NCBI GenBank assembly: GCA_029259175.1
Contig: JAPDJH010000004.1
Location: 163,645 to 187,644 of the forward strand
DNA length: 24,000 bases
Direction: 5' to 3'
DNA from: Hadesarchaea archaeon
GTDB taxonomy: Archaea; Hadarchaeota; Hadarchaeia; Hadarchaeales; Hadarchaeaceae
Positions within the stretch are counted from its first letter, which is position 1, and each line of letters opens with the position of its first letter. This document shows positions 7,610-15,596 of the stretch, piece after piece. The position numbers were made by a program, and so were the translations under genes. The notes beneath the pieces were generated by a model. The model was not told the DNA's origin. It searched no databases and saw nothing but the letters and a program-made list of their open reading frames with translations.

Positions 7610-8366
7610 AATCTTCATCTACCGAGATCCGGATCCCAATATTTTAAAGTGGACAGAACTTCGGGAGTACCTCAAAAAAAGAGTTGGATGCACGGTTGAG
7701 ATCCGGGAGCCCCTCTTCAAGCAAAACGAGTCTCTAGCCCGAGCATTCGCTGCAGCACGAGTCCATGACCCGCTAAAGCCGCTTGCGAATCGTGAGCCTC
7801 TCCCATCAGAAATCCAAATCGAAGAGAAATTTCTTGGGGCGCAAAAGCAGATCCCAGGAGTGCTCTACGACGGCCTCGAGATCCAGCGCCTGTGCCTCGG
7901 ACTTCTGCCCGTTGGAGAGCGAACGAGAGACCATCTCCACCTCGTCTTCGTCAACCGATTGATCGGGACATATGAACAGGACGGCCGCTATCACATTCAT
8001 GCTGCAGTTTTCGGCTTTCCTACTCTATTGTCTGTGCAGGGAGTTGTTTTTGGACCTGCAAGGCCAAAAGAATACTACACCCTGCGAGGCCAACTGAGCG
8101 AGGAGGAACTCTACGAGCGGCTCGAGCGCCGCTTTCTCGTGCTGGACGATCCGAGGCTGACCGAGGTCGTCAAGGGTTACGCGATACAAGCCGTTTTCTA
8201 CCACGTCTTCGGAAACCCGTTCTGCGAGAACAGTCAGTGCCGTCTCTACAATGCCCGCTGGCAGGAAGAACTGCTAAAGGCCCAGCTCAGCTCCCCTGAG
8301 TTCTGCGAGCGTCACGAACAAATGCTGCAAGAGTTCAAATCCGAAATCACTGGCACGCCCTGCTAA
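7587..8366 (+). CDS. archaemetzincin-like protein with degenerate active site (function unknown)
   Basis: The C-terminal block [42 protein letters not shown] follows the archaemetzincin spacing HExxHxxGx3Cx4CxM..CxxC. However, the first His and the catalytic Glu are replaced (A, V), M becomes L, and the last CxxC becomes CxxH. The gene overlaps the thi4 3' end by 23 nt. Confidence 0.45.
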   Translation: MRSSKALRIFIYRDPDPNILKWTELREYLKKRVGCTVEIREPLFKQNESLARAFAAARVHDPLKPLANREPLPSEIQIEEKFLGAQKQIPGVLYDGLEIQRLCLGLLPVGERTRDHLHLVFVNRLIGTYEQDGRYHIHAAVFGFPTLLSVQGVVFGPARPKEYYTLRGQLSEEELYERLERRFLVLDDPRLTEVVKGYAIQAVFYHVFGNPFCENSQCRLYNARWQEELLKAQLSSPEFCERHEQMLQEFKSEITGTPC

Positions 8367-9037
8367 GTCGCTGCTAAGGACTCCAAAAAGTCACTCAGAT
8401 CCTCGTCCAGCGTTTTAAGCTCAACGATTCTTTCCATCTCCCGCTCAACCAGCTGCCGCAGACCAATTCTGGCCTCGATTTCGTTCACCTCCCTCCGCTT
8501 CGCTGCGGTTCGTGGACGGCGAGGTGTCGCATAACAGCAGCTGGCATGAGTCTCCCGCCAGAGCCCCAGCTGCTTGGCGAGACGCTCGATCTCCAGCTTA
8601 TCCATCGCGAGTAGCGGCCGGAGGATCGGATATCGAATGCCCGCCGACACCGCCTGCAGGTTCTGCAACGTCTGCGACGCCTTCTGGCCCAGCGATTCGC
8701 CCGTGACTATCCCCGACGCCTCCACACGATCACACAGGAGCTCAGCGGCCATCAGCATCCCACGACGGCACAGCACGCACGCGTGTCTGCCAGCTTGGCG
8801 GAGCACGCATCTCAAAACCCGGCTCCACGGAAAGAGAAATGCGCGGGCAAACCGTGTCTTCCTTTTTAAAACACGTAAAACATCCACTGCCACGTAGAAA
8901 TTATCCTCGCATGTGTAGGGATAAAGAGCAAAGTGCACGGGAACTACTTCGAAGCCACGGGCCGCAAGCGCACACGCGACCGGAGAGTCTATGCCCCCCG
9001 ACACCAAACACACGACGCGCTCCACCAGCATTCCCAT
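8363..9037 (-). CDS. ThiI-like PP-loop ATP pyrophosphatase, stand-alone (no THUMP or rhodanese domain)
   Basis: PP-loop VVCLVSGGIDSPVA. ThiI-like block TGESLGQKASQTLQNLQAVSAGIRYPILRPLLAMDKLEIERLAKQLG. Cysteines CVLC and SCC. Only 136 bp of non-coding sequence lies upstream, so there is no room for an N-terminal THUMP domain. Confidence 0.75.
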   Translation of the reverse strand: MGMLVERVVCLVSGGIDSPVACALAARGFEVVPVHFALYPYTCEDNFYVAVDVLRVLKRKTRFARAFLFPWSRVLRCVLRQAGRHACVLCRRGMLMAAELLCDRVEASGIVTGESLGQKASQTLQNLQAVSAGIRYPILRPLLAMDKLEIERLAKQLGLWRETHASCCYATPRRPRTAAKRREVNEIEARIGLRQLVEREMERIVELKTLDEDLSDFLESLAAT

Positions 9038-9075
9038 CGCCTCATCGGCGGCCGCCTATATCAACCATTCGTTTT

Positions 9076-9089
9076 TATAACAACGTTAT
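9076..9089. promoter_or_regulatory. TATAACAACGTTAT box upstream of the ThiI-like gene
   Basis: An identical 14-mer recurs at 23841-23854. A 12/14 variant, TATAACGGCGTTAT, lies at 20864-20877. It contains ATAAC-N3-GTTAT dyad symmetry overlapping a TATA-like element. Confidence 0.5.
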
Positions 9090-9173
9090 GAATAAACTCG
9101 AGTTAAAACAATTGGCCGGAAAGACCAATAATTACTTCGACTGGAGTTCCGCTCAAAAACCTGAAACCCTGAA

Positions 9174-10382
9174 TCATTTTGAAATACTCAATCCGTATTT
9201 CTCTGCAATTTCCAAAAACGCCTCTGCAACTTTTTCTATTCGCTCACGGCTTAACCCGTACGTGTTCAATTTGAAATGCTTGGTTAAACCAGGCTGAATA
9301 CCAACTATTCCTCGATCTCTCAACTCCTCGTACAGAAAGAATCCCCTGCGCTTGTGATGTCGGGAAACTTCGTACAAACCCTCGGACTCCATGTGGATCA
9401 GCGTGTGATCTTTGGGCCTGACACCCAGCTGCCGCGTCCCCTCTATGCGCTCGAGCTGTTCAACCAGCCACCGGGCGTTCTCCACCTCCTCCGGCCATCT
9501 CTCGACTCGCTCGACCACGTGGGGAAAGGAGGCCATCATCGAAATGAGAGGACCACCCATCACGGTACAACCAAGCAGCGCGTATTCTTTTATGCTAAAC
9601 TTCCGTCCTGTCAGATCTCCCACGATCTGTGACGGCGCGAGCACTCGCTTCGCCATCTCCTTGGTCAGCGCAAGTACACCGGTGGAGGCACTCGCTGCCC
9701 AAGATTTATGACCGCTCCCTGTAATGATATCCGCTCCGAGCTCTCTCCCATCGATGGGCATCACACCCGCCGTGTAAGCGGCATTCAGCAAAAACGGAAC
9801 TTCGTACTCGTGAGCTATCTCTGCCACCCGTCTGGCATCGTTCAAATTGCCGTAGAGATAGTCCACATGGGTCAAAACCACGACCGCAGGCAATTTTCCG
9901 GTTTCGCGCTTTACCTCTTCTATCTTTGCCGCATAAGCATCGAGATCTACTCGAAATTCCGGATACCCGCTGTTCGGGACCTCTTTAATCTTCATCATGG
10001 CAAGCTCGGCCGCAACGTAGGTGGAATAGTGGGCCAGGCTGTCGATTACCACCACATCCCCCGGTCTACCAAGCATTCTGAACGCTATGAACTGCGCCTC
10101 GCGACACCGGGTCACGACACGCGCCACATCCATTCCAAGAAATTCCGCCAAGTCTTCAACGAAATCCGCTATGGGAGGCCGGGTAACCTTATCCAACCGG
10201 GGGGTTTTTGCAGGGCACCAATCACACGTAGAATACCCATCCCCAAATTCTGCCAATGCTTCTCTCGCCTCAGCGGTAAGAACCCCTCCACGCTGAATTG
10301 GATTGAGGTTGATATACCGATCCTCCTTAAAATCTCTCCTCAGATTCCGATACTTCTTCAGTCTCTCTTCGGAAAGCTTCAT
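9174..10382 (-). CDS. pscS: O-phosphoseryl-tRNA(Cys):Cys-tRNA synthase (SepCysS)
   Basis: The N-terminus is KYRNLRRDF..INLNPIQRGGVLTAEAREAL..FGDGYSTCDWC. The PLP-lysine block is ITGSGHKSWAASASTGVLAL. The 402-aa length and these motifs match SepCysS as I recall it from Archaeoglobus and methanogens. Its start overlaps the stop of the upstream E1 gene by 4 nt. Confidence 0.8.
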   Translation of the reverse strand: MKLSEERLKKYRNLRRDFKEDRYINLNPIQRGGVLTAEAREALAEFGDGYSTCDWCPAKTPRLDKVTRPPIADFVEDLAEFLGMDVARVVTRCREAQFIAFRMLGRPGDVVVIDSLAHYSTYVAAELAMMKIKEVPNSGYPEFRVDLDAYAAKIEEVKRETGKLPAVVVLTHVDYLYGNLNDARRVAEIAHEYEVPFLLNAAYTAGVMPIDGRELGADIITGSGHKSWAASASTGVLALTKEMAKRVLAPSQIVGDLTGRKFSIKEYALLGCTVMGGPLISMMASFPHVVERVERWPEEVENARWLVEQLERIEGTRQLGVRPKDHTLIHMESEGLYEVSRHHKRRGFFLYEELRDRGIVGIQPGLTKHFKLNTYGLSRERIEKVAEAFLEIAEKYGLSISK

Positions 10383-11173
10383 CCTCTACTCCTCCGGCCG
10401 CATATCTCACAGTGGGGATCGCGCTCAACTTTCATTACTTCAAACACCATCTCCATACCATCAAATATTAGCAACCGGCCTATCAATGGTCTCCCAAGAC
10501 CTGTGATCAGTTTTATCGCTTCCATTGCCTGCAAACAACCTATCACGCCCGGGGTTGCTCCGAGTACCGGGAATGCCCGCTTTCGCGGCGGGAGTGACGG
10601 AACCAAACACTGCAAACACGGCCCCTTCTTGGGCACAATAGTCATCAGCTGACCCAGGGTTCCCTCCACGGCCCCGTGAACAAGTGGAATTCTGTGCTTT
10701 ACACAGGCTCGGTTCAGCGCATACCTAGCAGGATAGTTGTCCGTGGCATCCACCACCACATCGGCACCGCGCACAAGAGGGTCCGCATTTTCGTTTGCCA
10801 CATGCAGAGATTTTCCCCTCACCCGCACATTTGGATTGAGAGCTCTCAGCTTCTCCATCGCCGAATCAGTTTTCTGGCGTCCGATGTCTTTATCCCAGTG
10901 CAAAATCTGACGATTGAGATTTGAGAGCTCTACTCGCTGATCGTCCACGAGCGTTAGCTTCCCCACACCCGCCGCTGTCAAATAAATACTGACCGGAGAC
11001 CCCAGACCGCCCAATCCTACAACCACCACATGCGCTCGCTTCAATTTGAGCTGACCTTTCCGACCAAAACCCGCAATCAACATCTGCCGACTATAACGTT
11101 CGAGTTCTTGAGGAGACAGTTTAGTCCTCATACCATTACCCTTTGGACTCCTGCTAAAAATACTTCCAACCAT
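10379..11173 (-). CDS. ThiF/MoeB/UbaA-type E1-like adenylyltransferase (no rhodanese domain)
   Basis: ERYSRQMLIAGFGRKGQLKLKRAHVVVVGLGGLGSPVSIYLTAAGVGKLTLVDDQRVELSNLNRQ. There are two CxxC pairs (CLQC and CEIC). The internal ATG at 11131 (MRTKLSPQELERYSRQ) is an alternative start. Confidence 0.9.
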   Translation of the reverse strand: MVGSIFSRSPKGNGMRTKLSPQELERYSRQMLIAGFGRKGQLKLKRAHVVVVGLGGLGSPVSIYLTAAGVGKLTLVDDQRVELSNLNRQILHWDKDIGRQKTDSAMEKLRALNPNVRVRGKSLHVANENADPLVRGADVVVDATDNYPARYALNRACVKHRIPLVHGAVEGTLGQLMTIVPKKGPCLQCLVPSLPPRKRAFPVLGATPGVIGCLQAMEAIKLITGLGRPLIGRLLIFDGMEMVFEVMKVERDPHCEICGRRSRG

Positions 11174-11176
11174 CGG

Positions 11177-11935
11177 TCAAGATTTTATACCGGGAACGAC
11201 TCCTCCACCAACCGGGACGGGACTCCTCTCATCAAAGGTTATAATCTCTGGAACCTCGCCCCAAACACCCACGTGTTCTCCACGTATTATCAGACATCCT
11301 TCTATCTCACGTATCCGGCTAGCCCGGTTCAACCCGTCTAAAATCGACTGTCGTGTGTCGGAACCGCGCACAGAATTCGCAACCGAAGTCGCAGCAGCGT
11401 CAGCTACCGAAGCCTCTCGGGCAAAGACCACGGTGGCGTCGGCATCGCCAAAACTAATCGAGTGTCCGATCGAACCAGAACTCGTACATATTCCGAGCGG
11501 CAATCTGGCCGATTTTATCAGAAAACCCAACTTACTGGATGTGCTGGCGGTGCCCGCATAAACTCCTACTATAAAATCTCGATCTCCCGCTATCGCAATG
11601 TCTCCACCATTTTCGACCAGCACATTCCTCGCTCCTTGCTCCAGAGCGGCCTCCATGGCTATCTGAGAAATCGCTCCGGCAACCGCTGCAAAAGGACCGA
11701 CCCGCGCAAGCTTTCCGGCCCTCAACATCAGCTCGATCACCCGCGGGTGTTCTCCCTCGAGCTCAACGGGTTCAAGTGACCAACGAAACTCTGGATAGGT
11801 CACAGCATAACGCTCCACCTCTTGTCTGGCCCTCAATGCCGCTTCTACCGCTGCATCGATCGCGCGCGCGTCGTCGGATTTTATAGTGAGTGCAGTCTCC
11901 TTGTAAACCCAGCGCTGAACGAGCAAATCCACCAC
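11177..11935 (-). CDS. UPF0280/COG2122 (ApbE-like) protein, MA1715-type sulfide-assimilation factor
   Basis: Blocks GPFAAVAGAISQIA, LVENGGDIAI, GICTSSGSIGHSISFGDADA and SVADAAATSVANSV match what I recall of the UPF0280 family. It lies between the NIL-ferredoxin and E1 genes. Confidence 0.6.
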   Translation of the reverse strand: MVDLLVQRWVYKETALTIKSDDARAIDAAVEAALRARQEVERYAVTYPEFRWSLEPVELEGEHPRVIELMLRAGKLARVGPFAAVAGAISQIAMEAALEQGARNVLVENGGDIAIAGDRDFIVGVYAGTASTSSKLGFLIKSARLPLGICTSSGSIGHSISFGDADATVVFAREASVADAAATSVANSVRGSDTRQSILDGLNRASRIREIEGCLIIRGEHVGVWGEVPEIITFDERSPVPVGGGVVPGIKS

Positions 11936-11936
11936 C

Positions 11937-12332
11937 TCACAACCTCGGAATCTTCAAAGCGCGCACCGGACACGCAGGAACACAGATCTCACACAAAACA
12001 CACTTCTGCTCATCCAGACCCAGCGAGGCATCCTCTTTCAGATACAATGCCTTGGTTGGACAGAGCGAAACACAAGCCCCACAGTGAACGCAGGAATCCC
12101 AGTCCACCCTGATCGCGTCTTTTATCTCTTGAAATTCTATTCCGCGTTTCGAGAGAGCGCTAAAAATCCGCTCCGCGTCCGAGTCCTTAACGGAAATCAG
12201 GATCTCCCCACCCTTTGTGTCCATGTCCGCATACAGGATGTTTACCAACACTCCCGTCTCTTTAATCACCGAAGCCAAAACAGGCTCCGCCGCTTTCTCC
12301 GCCGAGTATCGAAGCAAGATCCGCCTCGTCAT
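11937..12332 (-). CDS. NIL-domain / 2x[4Fe-4S] ferredoxin fusion (MA1822-type)
   Basis: An N-terminal NIL-like beta-alpha domain (RILLRYSAEKAAEPVLASVIKETGVLVNILYADMD) is followed by CVHCGACVSLCP and CVLCEICVPACP. Its start overlaps the upstream gene's stop by 4 nt. Confidence 0.8.
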   Translation of the reverse strand: MTRRILLRYSAEKAAEPVLASVIKETGVLVNILYADMDTKGGEILISVKDSDAERIFSALSKRGIEFQEIKDAIRVDWDSCVHCGACVSLCPTKALYLKEDASLGLDEQKCVLCEICVPACPVRALKIPRL

Positions 12333-13831
12333 TTTCTCCCACCTCCAATCAGCTTTGAAATATCATCGCTCGTCACTATCCCCCTGAGCCTGCCGCGAGC
12401 ATCAACAACCGGAACACCAGAGATCCCGAATTTATCCAGCTTTCTTGCAACGGCATCTATGGGCTCGTCTTCCCGCGCGGTTATCACCTGCCGTGTCATT
12501 ATTTCCGAAAGCTTCTGCTTGCCCTTTCCCACCGAAACCGCAATATCCCACGAAGTCACTATCCCGATCACGCGGTTTTCATCGTCCACAATGGGGAGGT
12601 GATCAAAGTTCTTCTCCGCGAATATCCGAGCCGCTTTGGTGATCGGATCCTCCGGCCTACCTACGACCACTTCGCGGGTCATTACCGCACCTGCCGTTAT
12701 GATCCGCGTCGGCTGTTTCATCGGGCGGAACTCCATATCCACAGGAAGCTGGCGCACCGGAGCGGTGAGGGAAAACTCCCCTCGCTCTATCAGCTCCTTG
12801 AGTTTCTCAGCGATTTCTCTCGCCACTTTGAGACTGCTGAGCGGACTGACCGGGACTTCCCGACCGTTCAATTCGATCTTGCCCTCCCACAGCTCCGCAT
12901 AGGTCAACTGCTTGAGCACCGGCCTGTCCCGTCGCGGAACTCCGTAGTCGAGCAAATCAATTTTAATCTCCTCATTGCTCCTGCCAGCGGTCCTCGCCAA
13001 ATCCTCGTCTAGAATCGGTATCGGAATCCCGATACCCACAAACAGCGATGTTCCATAGCGATGGATGTTCGCGCCACGCAGATACCGGGGTGACATCTCT
13101 TTTAAATCGCCCACCGTCATCAGCGTGCCCAGCTCTCGCTTCGGATCGTGCTGAGTGCCTTCCCAAACCACATATCCCTGAGCTCCGCCAATGAAAATTC
13201 GAGTTCCCGTGCCAATGGTCCGATAGGTGGGGTCTTTGTTCAGCGGACTGAGTTCCCCAGTACCAGCAAACGTAACGTTTCTGAATTCTGGAAGCAGGGT
13301 GCCCATATAGGTATAAATGGTCTCCTTCCGTGAATTGGTGGCAGCAACGTATCGTTGGTGAGCGTTTCTCGGATTCAGCAAAACGGCTTGGTTGAGGTCA
13401 TGGATGGTTATGGTCGTCTCCAGCTCCCTGCGCGGATAGCAATCGGTCCCGTATGCCAGAGCCCTAACATGGATCTCTTCGCCTCTGACCAAGTCCTCGA
13501 TCACGTGGCCTCCTCCATAGTCGAACCCCCGGGTTTCACTCAGCTGTGCGGCACCGATATATGCATCGACTGCTGCCACCCCTGTATACGCTTCGACATC
13601 GTTGAGCCAAACGCGTTGCATCTTGATGGGCGGATCAGCGTGCCCAAAGTTTAGCCAGGCACCCGAGCTACACATCGCACCAAACGTCCCGGTGGTCACC
13701 ACATCAACTTCTTTTGCCGCTGCTACGGCCCCCTTGCTCTTGACTATCTCGACCATCTCCTCGGCGGTAACGACCACGGCATCTCCACGCCTGATGCGCT
13801 CGTTGATTTCCTCGATTGTTTTCTTAACCAT
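12329..13831 (-). CDS. COG1900/DUF39 homocysteine-biosynthesis enzyme with two C-terminal CBS domains (MA1821/MJ0100-type)
   Basis: N-terminus KKTIEEINERIRRGDAVVVTAEEMVEIV...VDVVTTGTFGAMCSSGAWLNFGHADPPIKM. The C-terminal tandem CBS repeats are VMTREVVVGRPEDPITKAARIFAEKNFDHLPIVD and IMTRQVITAREDEPIDAVARKLDKFGISGVPVVD. Confidence 0.8.
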   Translation of the reverse strand: MVKKTIEEINERIRRGDAVVVTAEEMVEIVKSKGAVAAAKEVDVVTTGTFGAMCSSGAWLNFGHADPPIKMQRVWLNDVEAYTGVAAVDAYIGAAQLSETRGFDYGGGHVIEDLVRGEEIHVRALAYGTDCYPRRELETTITIHDLNQAVLLNPRNAHQRYVAATNSRKETIYTYMGTLLPEFRNVTFAGTGELSPLNKDPTYRTIGTGTRIFIGGAQGYVVWEGTQHDPKRELGTLMTVGDLKEMSPRYLRGANIHRYGTSLFVGIGIPIPILDEDLARTAGRSNEEIKIDLLDYGVPRRDRPVLKQLTYAELWEGKIELNGREVPVSPLSSLKVAREIAEKLKELIERGEFSLTAPVRQLPVDMEFRPMKQPTRIITAGAVMTREVVVGRPEDPITKAARIFAEKNFDHLPIVDDENRVIGIVTSWDIAVSVGKGKQKLSEIMTRQVITAREDEPIDAVARKLDKFGISGVPVVDARGRLRGIVTSDDISKLIGGGRK

Positions 13832-13897
13832 GCCCGTCTCACCCTCCCCATTCTCGATAGTTATATTTATAAAGTTTTTTTATTCCTGCTAGTTATA

Positions 13898-15493
13898 TCA
13901 AAACTCTCCACGCCGAATTTCCTCAATTTGCTGAACAAACTTGCGATATGCCTCCGTTTGCTTCAGCCGGTCCACATCCCGCTTGTACAGATCGTCCTGA
14001 AGCCTGCGTCCCGTCCTGCGCTCCCACTCCTCAATCGGAATCCCCTGGCTCTCTTGGTCCTTGTCCCGATACCACTCCGGAATGACATTGAACGCACAGA
14101 ACGGAATCACGCGCTTGTCAGTCATCGCGTAGTGAATACAGCAGCGCTTCACGCGTTCGATGTCGTAGTTGTACAAATCCATGAAGTGCATCATCCCGAT
14201 AAACAGACTCTTCATGTGGAACTGGCCGAGCGCATCGTAATTGTGCTTTATGAAAATGTTGTAGAGAATCTTATTGATATCCAGATCCTTCGGTTTTTGT
14301 TTGCCATCTATGAACTTGCCGATGCTGGCCAGCAGCTTGAGGCCCACCCATCGCTTGCTCTTCCCTTGCCTCAGCTCCTCCGTCTTCTCCTTCAGGTACT
14401 CCAGCAGGCCCTCAACATCGATGAACCGGGTGATCGGAATCAGCTTTCCGTTCTCTTTGAACACGTACGTCGCCGCACCGCAGGCGAAGTGGGAACTCAG
14501 ATCATAAGTGGGGTGACCCACAAGCGCCTCCACGAACTCGCTGATTATCATAGCAGTGGGGACCGGGAAGAAATCCTCCATCGTTATGGCCCCGTCGGTC
14601 TGCTCCTCTATCCGCTTGATTACATCAGGGATAGTGATGCGGTACTTGTCCCGCTCCTTCCGCGGCATGCGGCCCACCAGCGCCACCGGCTGAAAGTTCA
14701 CACTCCGGACGATGTCCATGTTCTTGAACCCGTACTTGAGGATGTCGCCGACCTCGTGATCGTTGACTGACTTAATCACCGTCGGCACCAAGACGATTCC
14801 GAGTCCCACCTTGCGGGCGTTCTCTATGGTCAATGGCACCTCCCAGTGGTTTTTCGGATTGGCTTGTTCTGAAACCCCATCAAAGCTGAGGTAGAGGGTG
14901 TTCACCCCTGCTTCCCGAACCCGCTTCACCAGCTCGGGATCGAACGCCAGCCGTATCCCATTGGTGTTGAGCTGAACGTGGTCGATCCCGTGCTTTTTCA
15001 CTATTTTAATGATGTCCACCAAATCGTCTCGAAGAAGCGGCTCTCCCCCCGTAAGCTGAACTGCGTTGCAGGCAATCGGGCGCTCACTTCTGATGACTCC
15101 CACCATCTCGTCGATTTGTTCCAGCGTCGGCTCGTAGACGTAGCCCACCTTACGGGCGAAAAAGAAGCAATACCAGCAACTGAGGTCGCAGCGGTTCGTA
15201 ACCACTATGTTCGCAAGCGCCGTGTGGCTCTTGTGGAGCTTGCAGAGACCGCAGTCTCGGGGACAGACGGGCGCCTCTTTGGTCACCTGCGGGTTCTCAA
15301 TTCCCTTCCCGTCCTTCGCGTAGCGCTCCGCCCGTCGATACCATTCATAGGATCCGTGGTACAAATCCTCAAATTCGCCGTGTTCCGGACAGGTTTTCTT
15401 GATCCACACCTTGCCGTCTCGTTCAAAGATAGTGGCCGGAAGGGTTCTCAAGCACTCCGGACAAAGCGAGGCGGTCTTTCTAATTTCTTGCAT
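13898..15493 (-). CDS. radical SAM enzyme with N-terminal Cys4-type ribbon and auxiliary cluster motif; MJ0619/Tes (tetraether lipid synthase)-like family
   Basis: CPEC...CPEHG ribbon, CPRDCGLC auxiliary motif, and the radical SAM CxxxCxxC motif (NRCDLSCWYC). GGEPLL is present. The length is 531 aa. The radical SAM call is firm. The Tes/GDGT-MAS family assignment is from memory of that family's N-terminal architecture. Confidence 0.8.
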   Translation of the reverse strand: MQEIRKTASLCPECLRTLPATIFERDGKVWIKKTCPEHGEFEDLYHGSYEWYRRAERYAKDGKGIENPQVTKEAPVCPRDCGLCKLHKSHTALANIVVTNRCDLSCWYCFFFARKVGYVYEPTLEQIDEMVGVIRSERPIACNAVQLTGGEPLLRDDLVDIIKIVKKHGIDHVQLNTNGIRLAFDPELVKRVREAGVNTLYLSFDGVSEQANPKNHWEVPLTIENARKVGLGIVLVPTVIKSVNDHEVGDILKYGFKNMDIVRSVNFQPVALVGRMPRKERDKYRITIPDVIKRIEEQTDGAITMEDFFPVPTAMIISEFVEALVGHPTYDLSSHFACGAATYVFKENGKLIPITRFIDVEGLLEYLKEKTEELRQGKSKRWVGLKLLASIGKFIDGKQKPKDLDINKILYNIFIKHNYDALGQFHMKSLFIGMMHFMDLYNYDIERVKRCCIHYAMTDKRVIPFCAFNVIPEWYRDKDQESQGIPIEEWERRTGRRLQDDLYKRDVDRLKQTEAYRKFVQQIEEIRRGEF

Positions 15494-15596
15494 TCTCCCT
15501 ATTTATCACCCCGTAGTGGCAATTTAAAGATTTGCCCACCCGTTCCCGATTCTAACAAAAAGATTTAGCGATGATTACCAAAGTTGGATTGAGACG

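Noticed and set aside
9708-10652. 314-aa plus-strand ORF
   Set aside because: It is entirely antisense to the well-supported SepCysS and E1 genes. The sequence is motif-less and rich in R/S/P/H, typical of a shadow ORF.
13928-15568. Plus-strand ORFs of 280 aa (13928..14770) and 196 aa (14978..15568)
   Set aside because: They are antisense shadows of the radical SAM gene, whose motifs (CxxxCxxC, GGEPLL) clearly define the coding strand.
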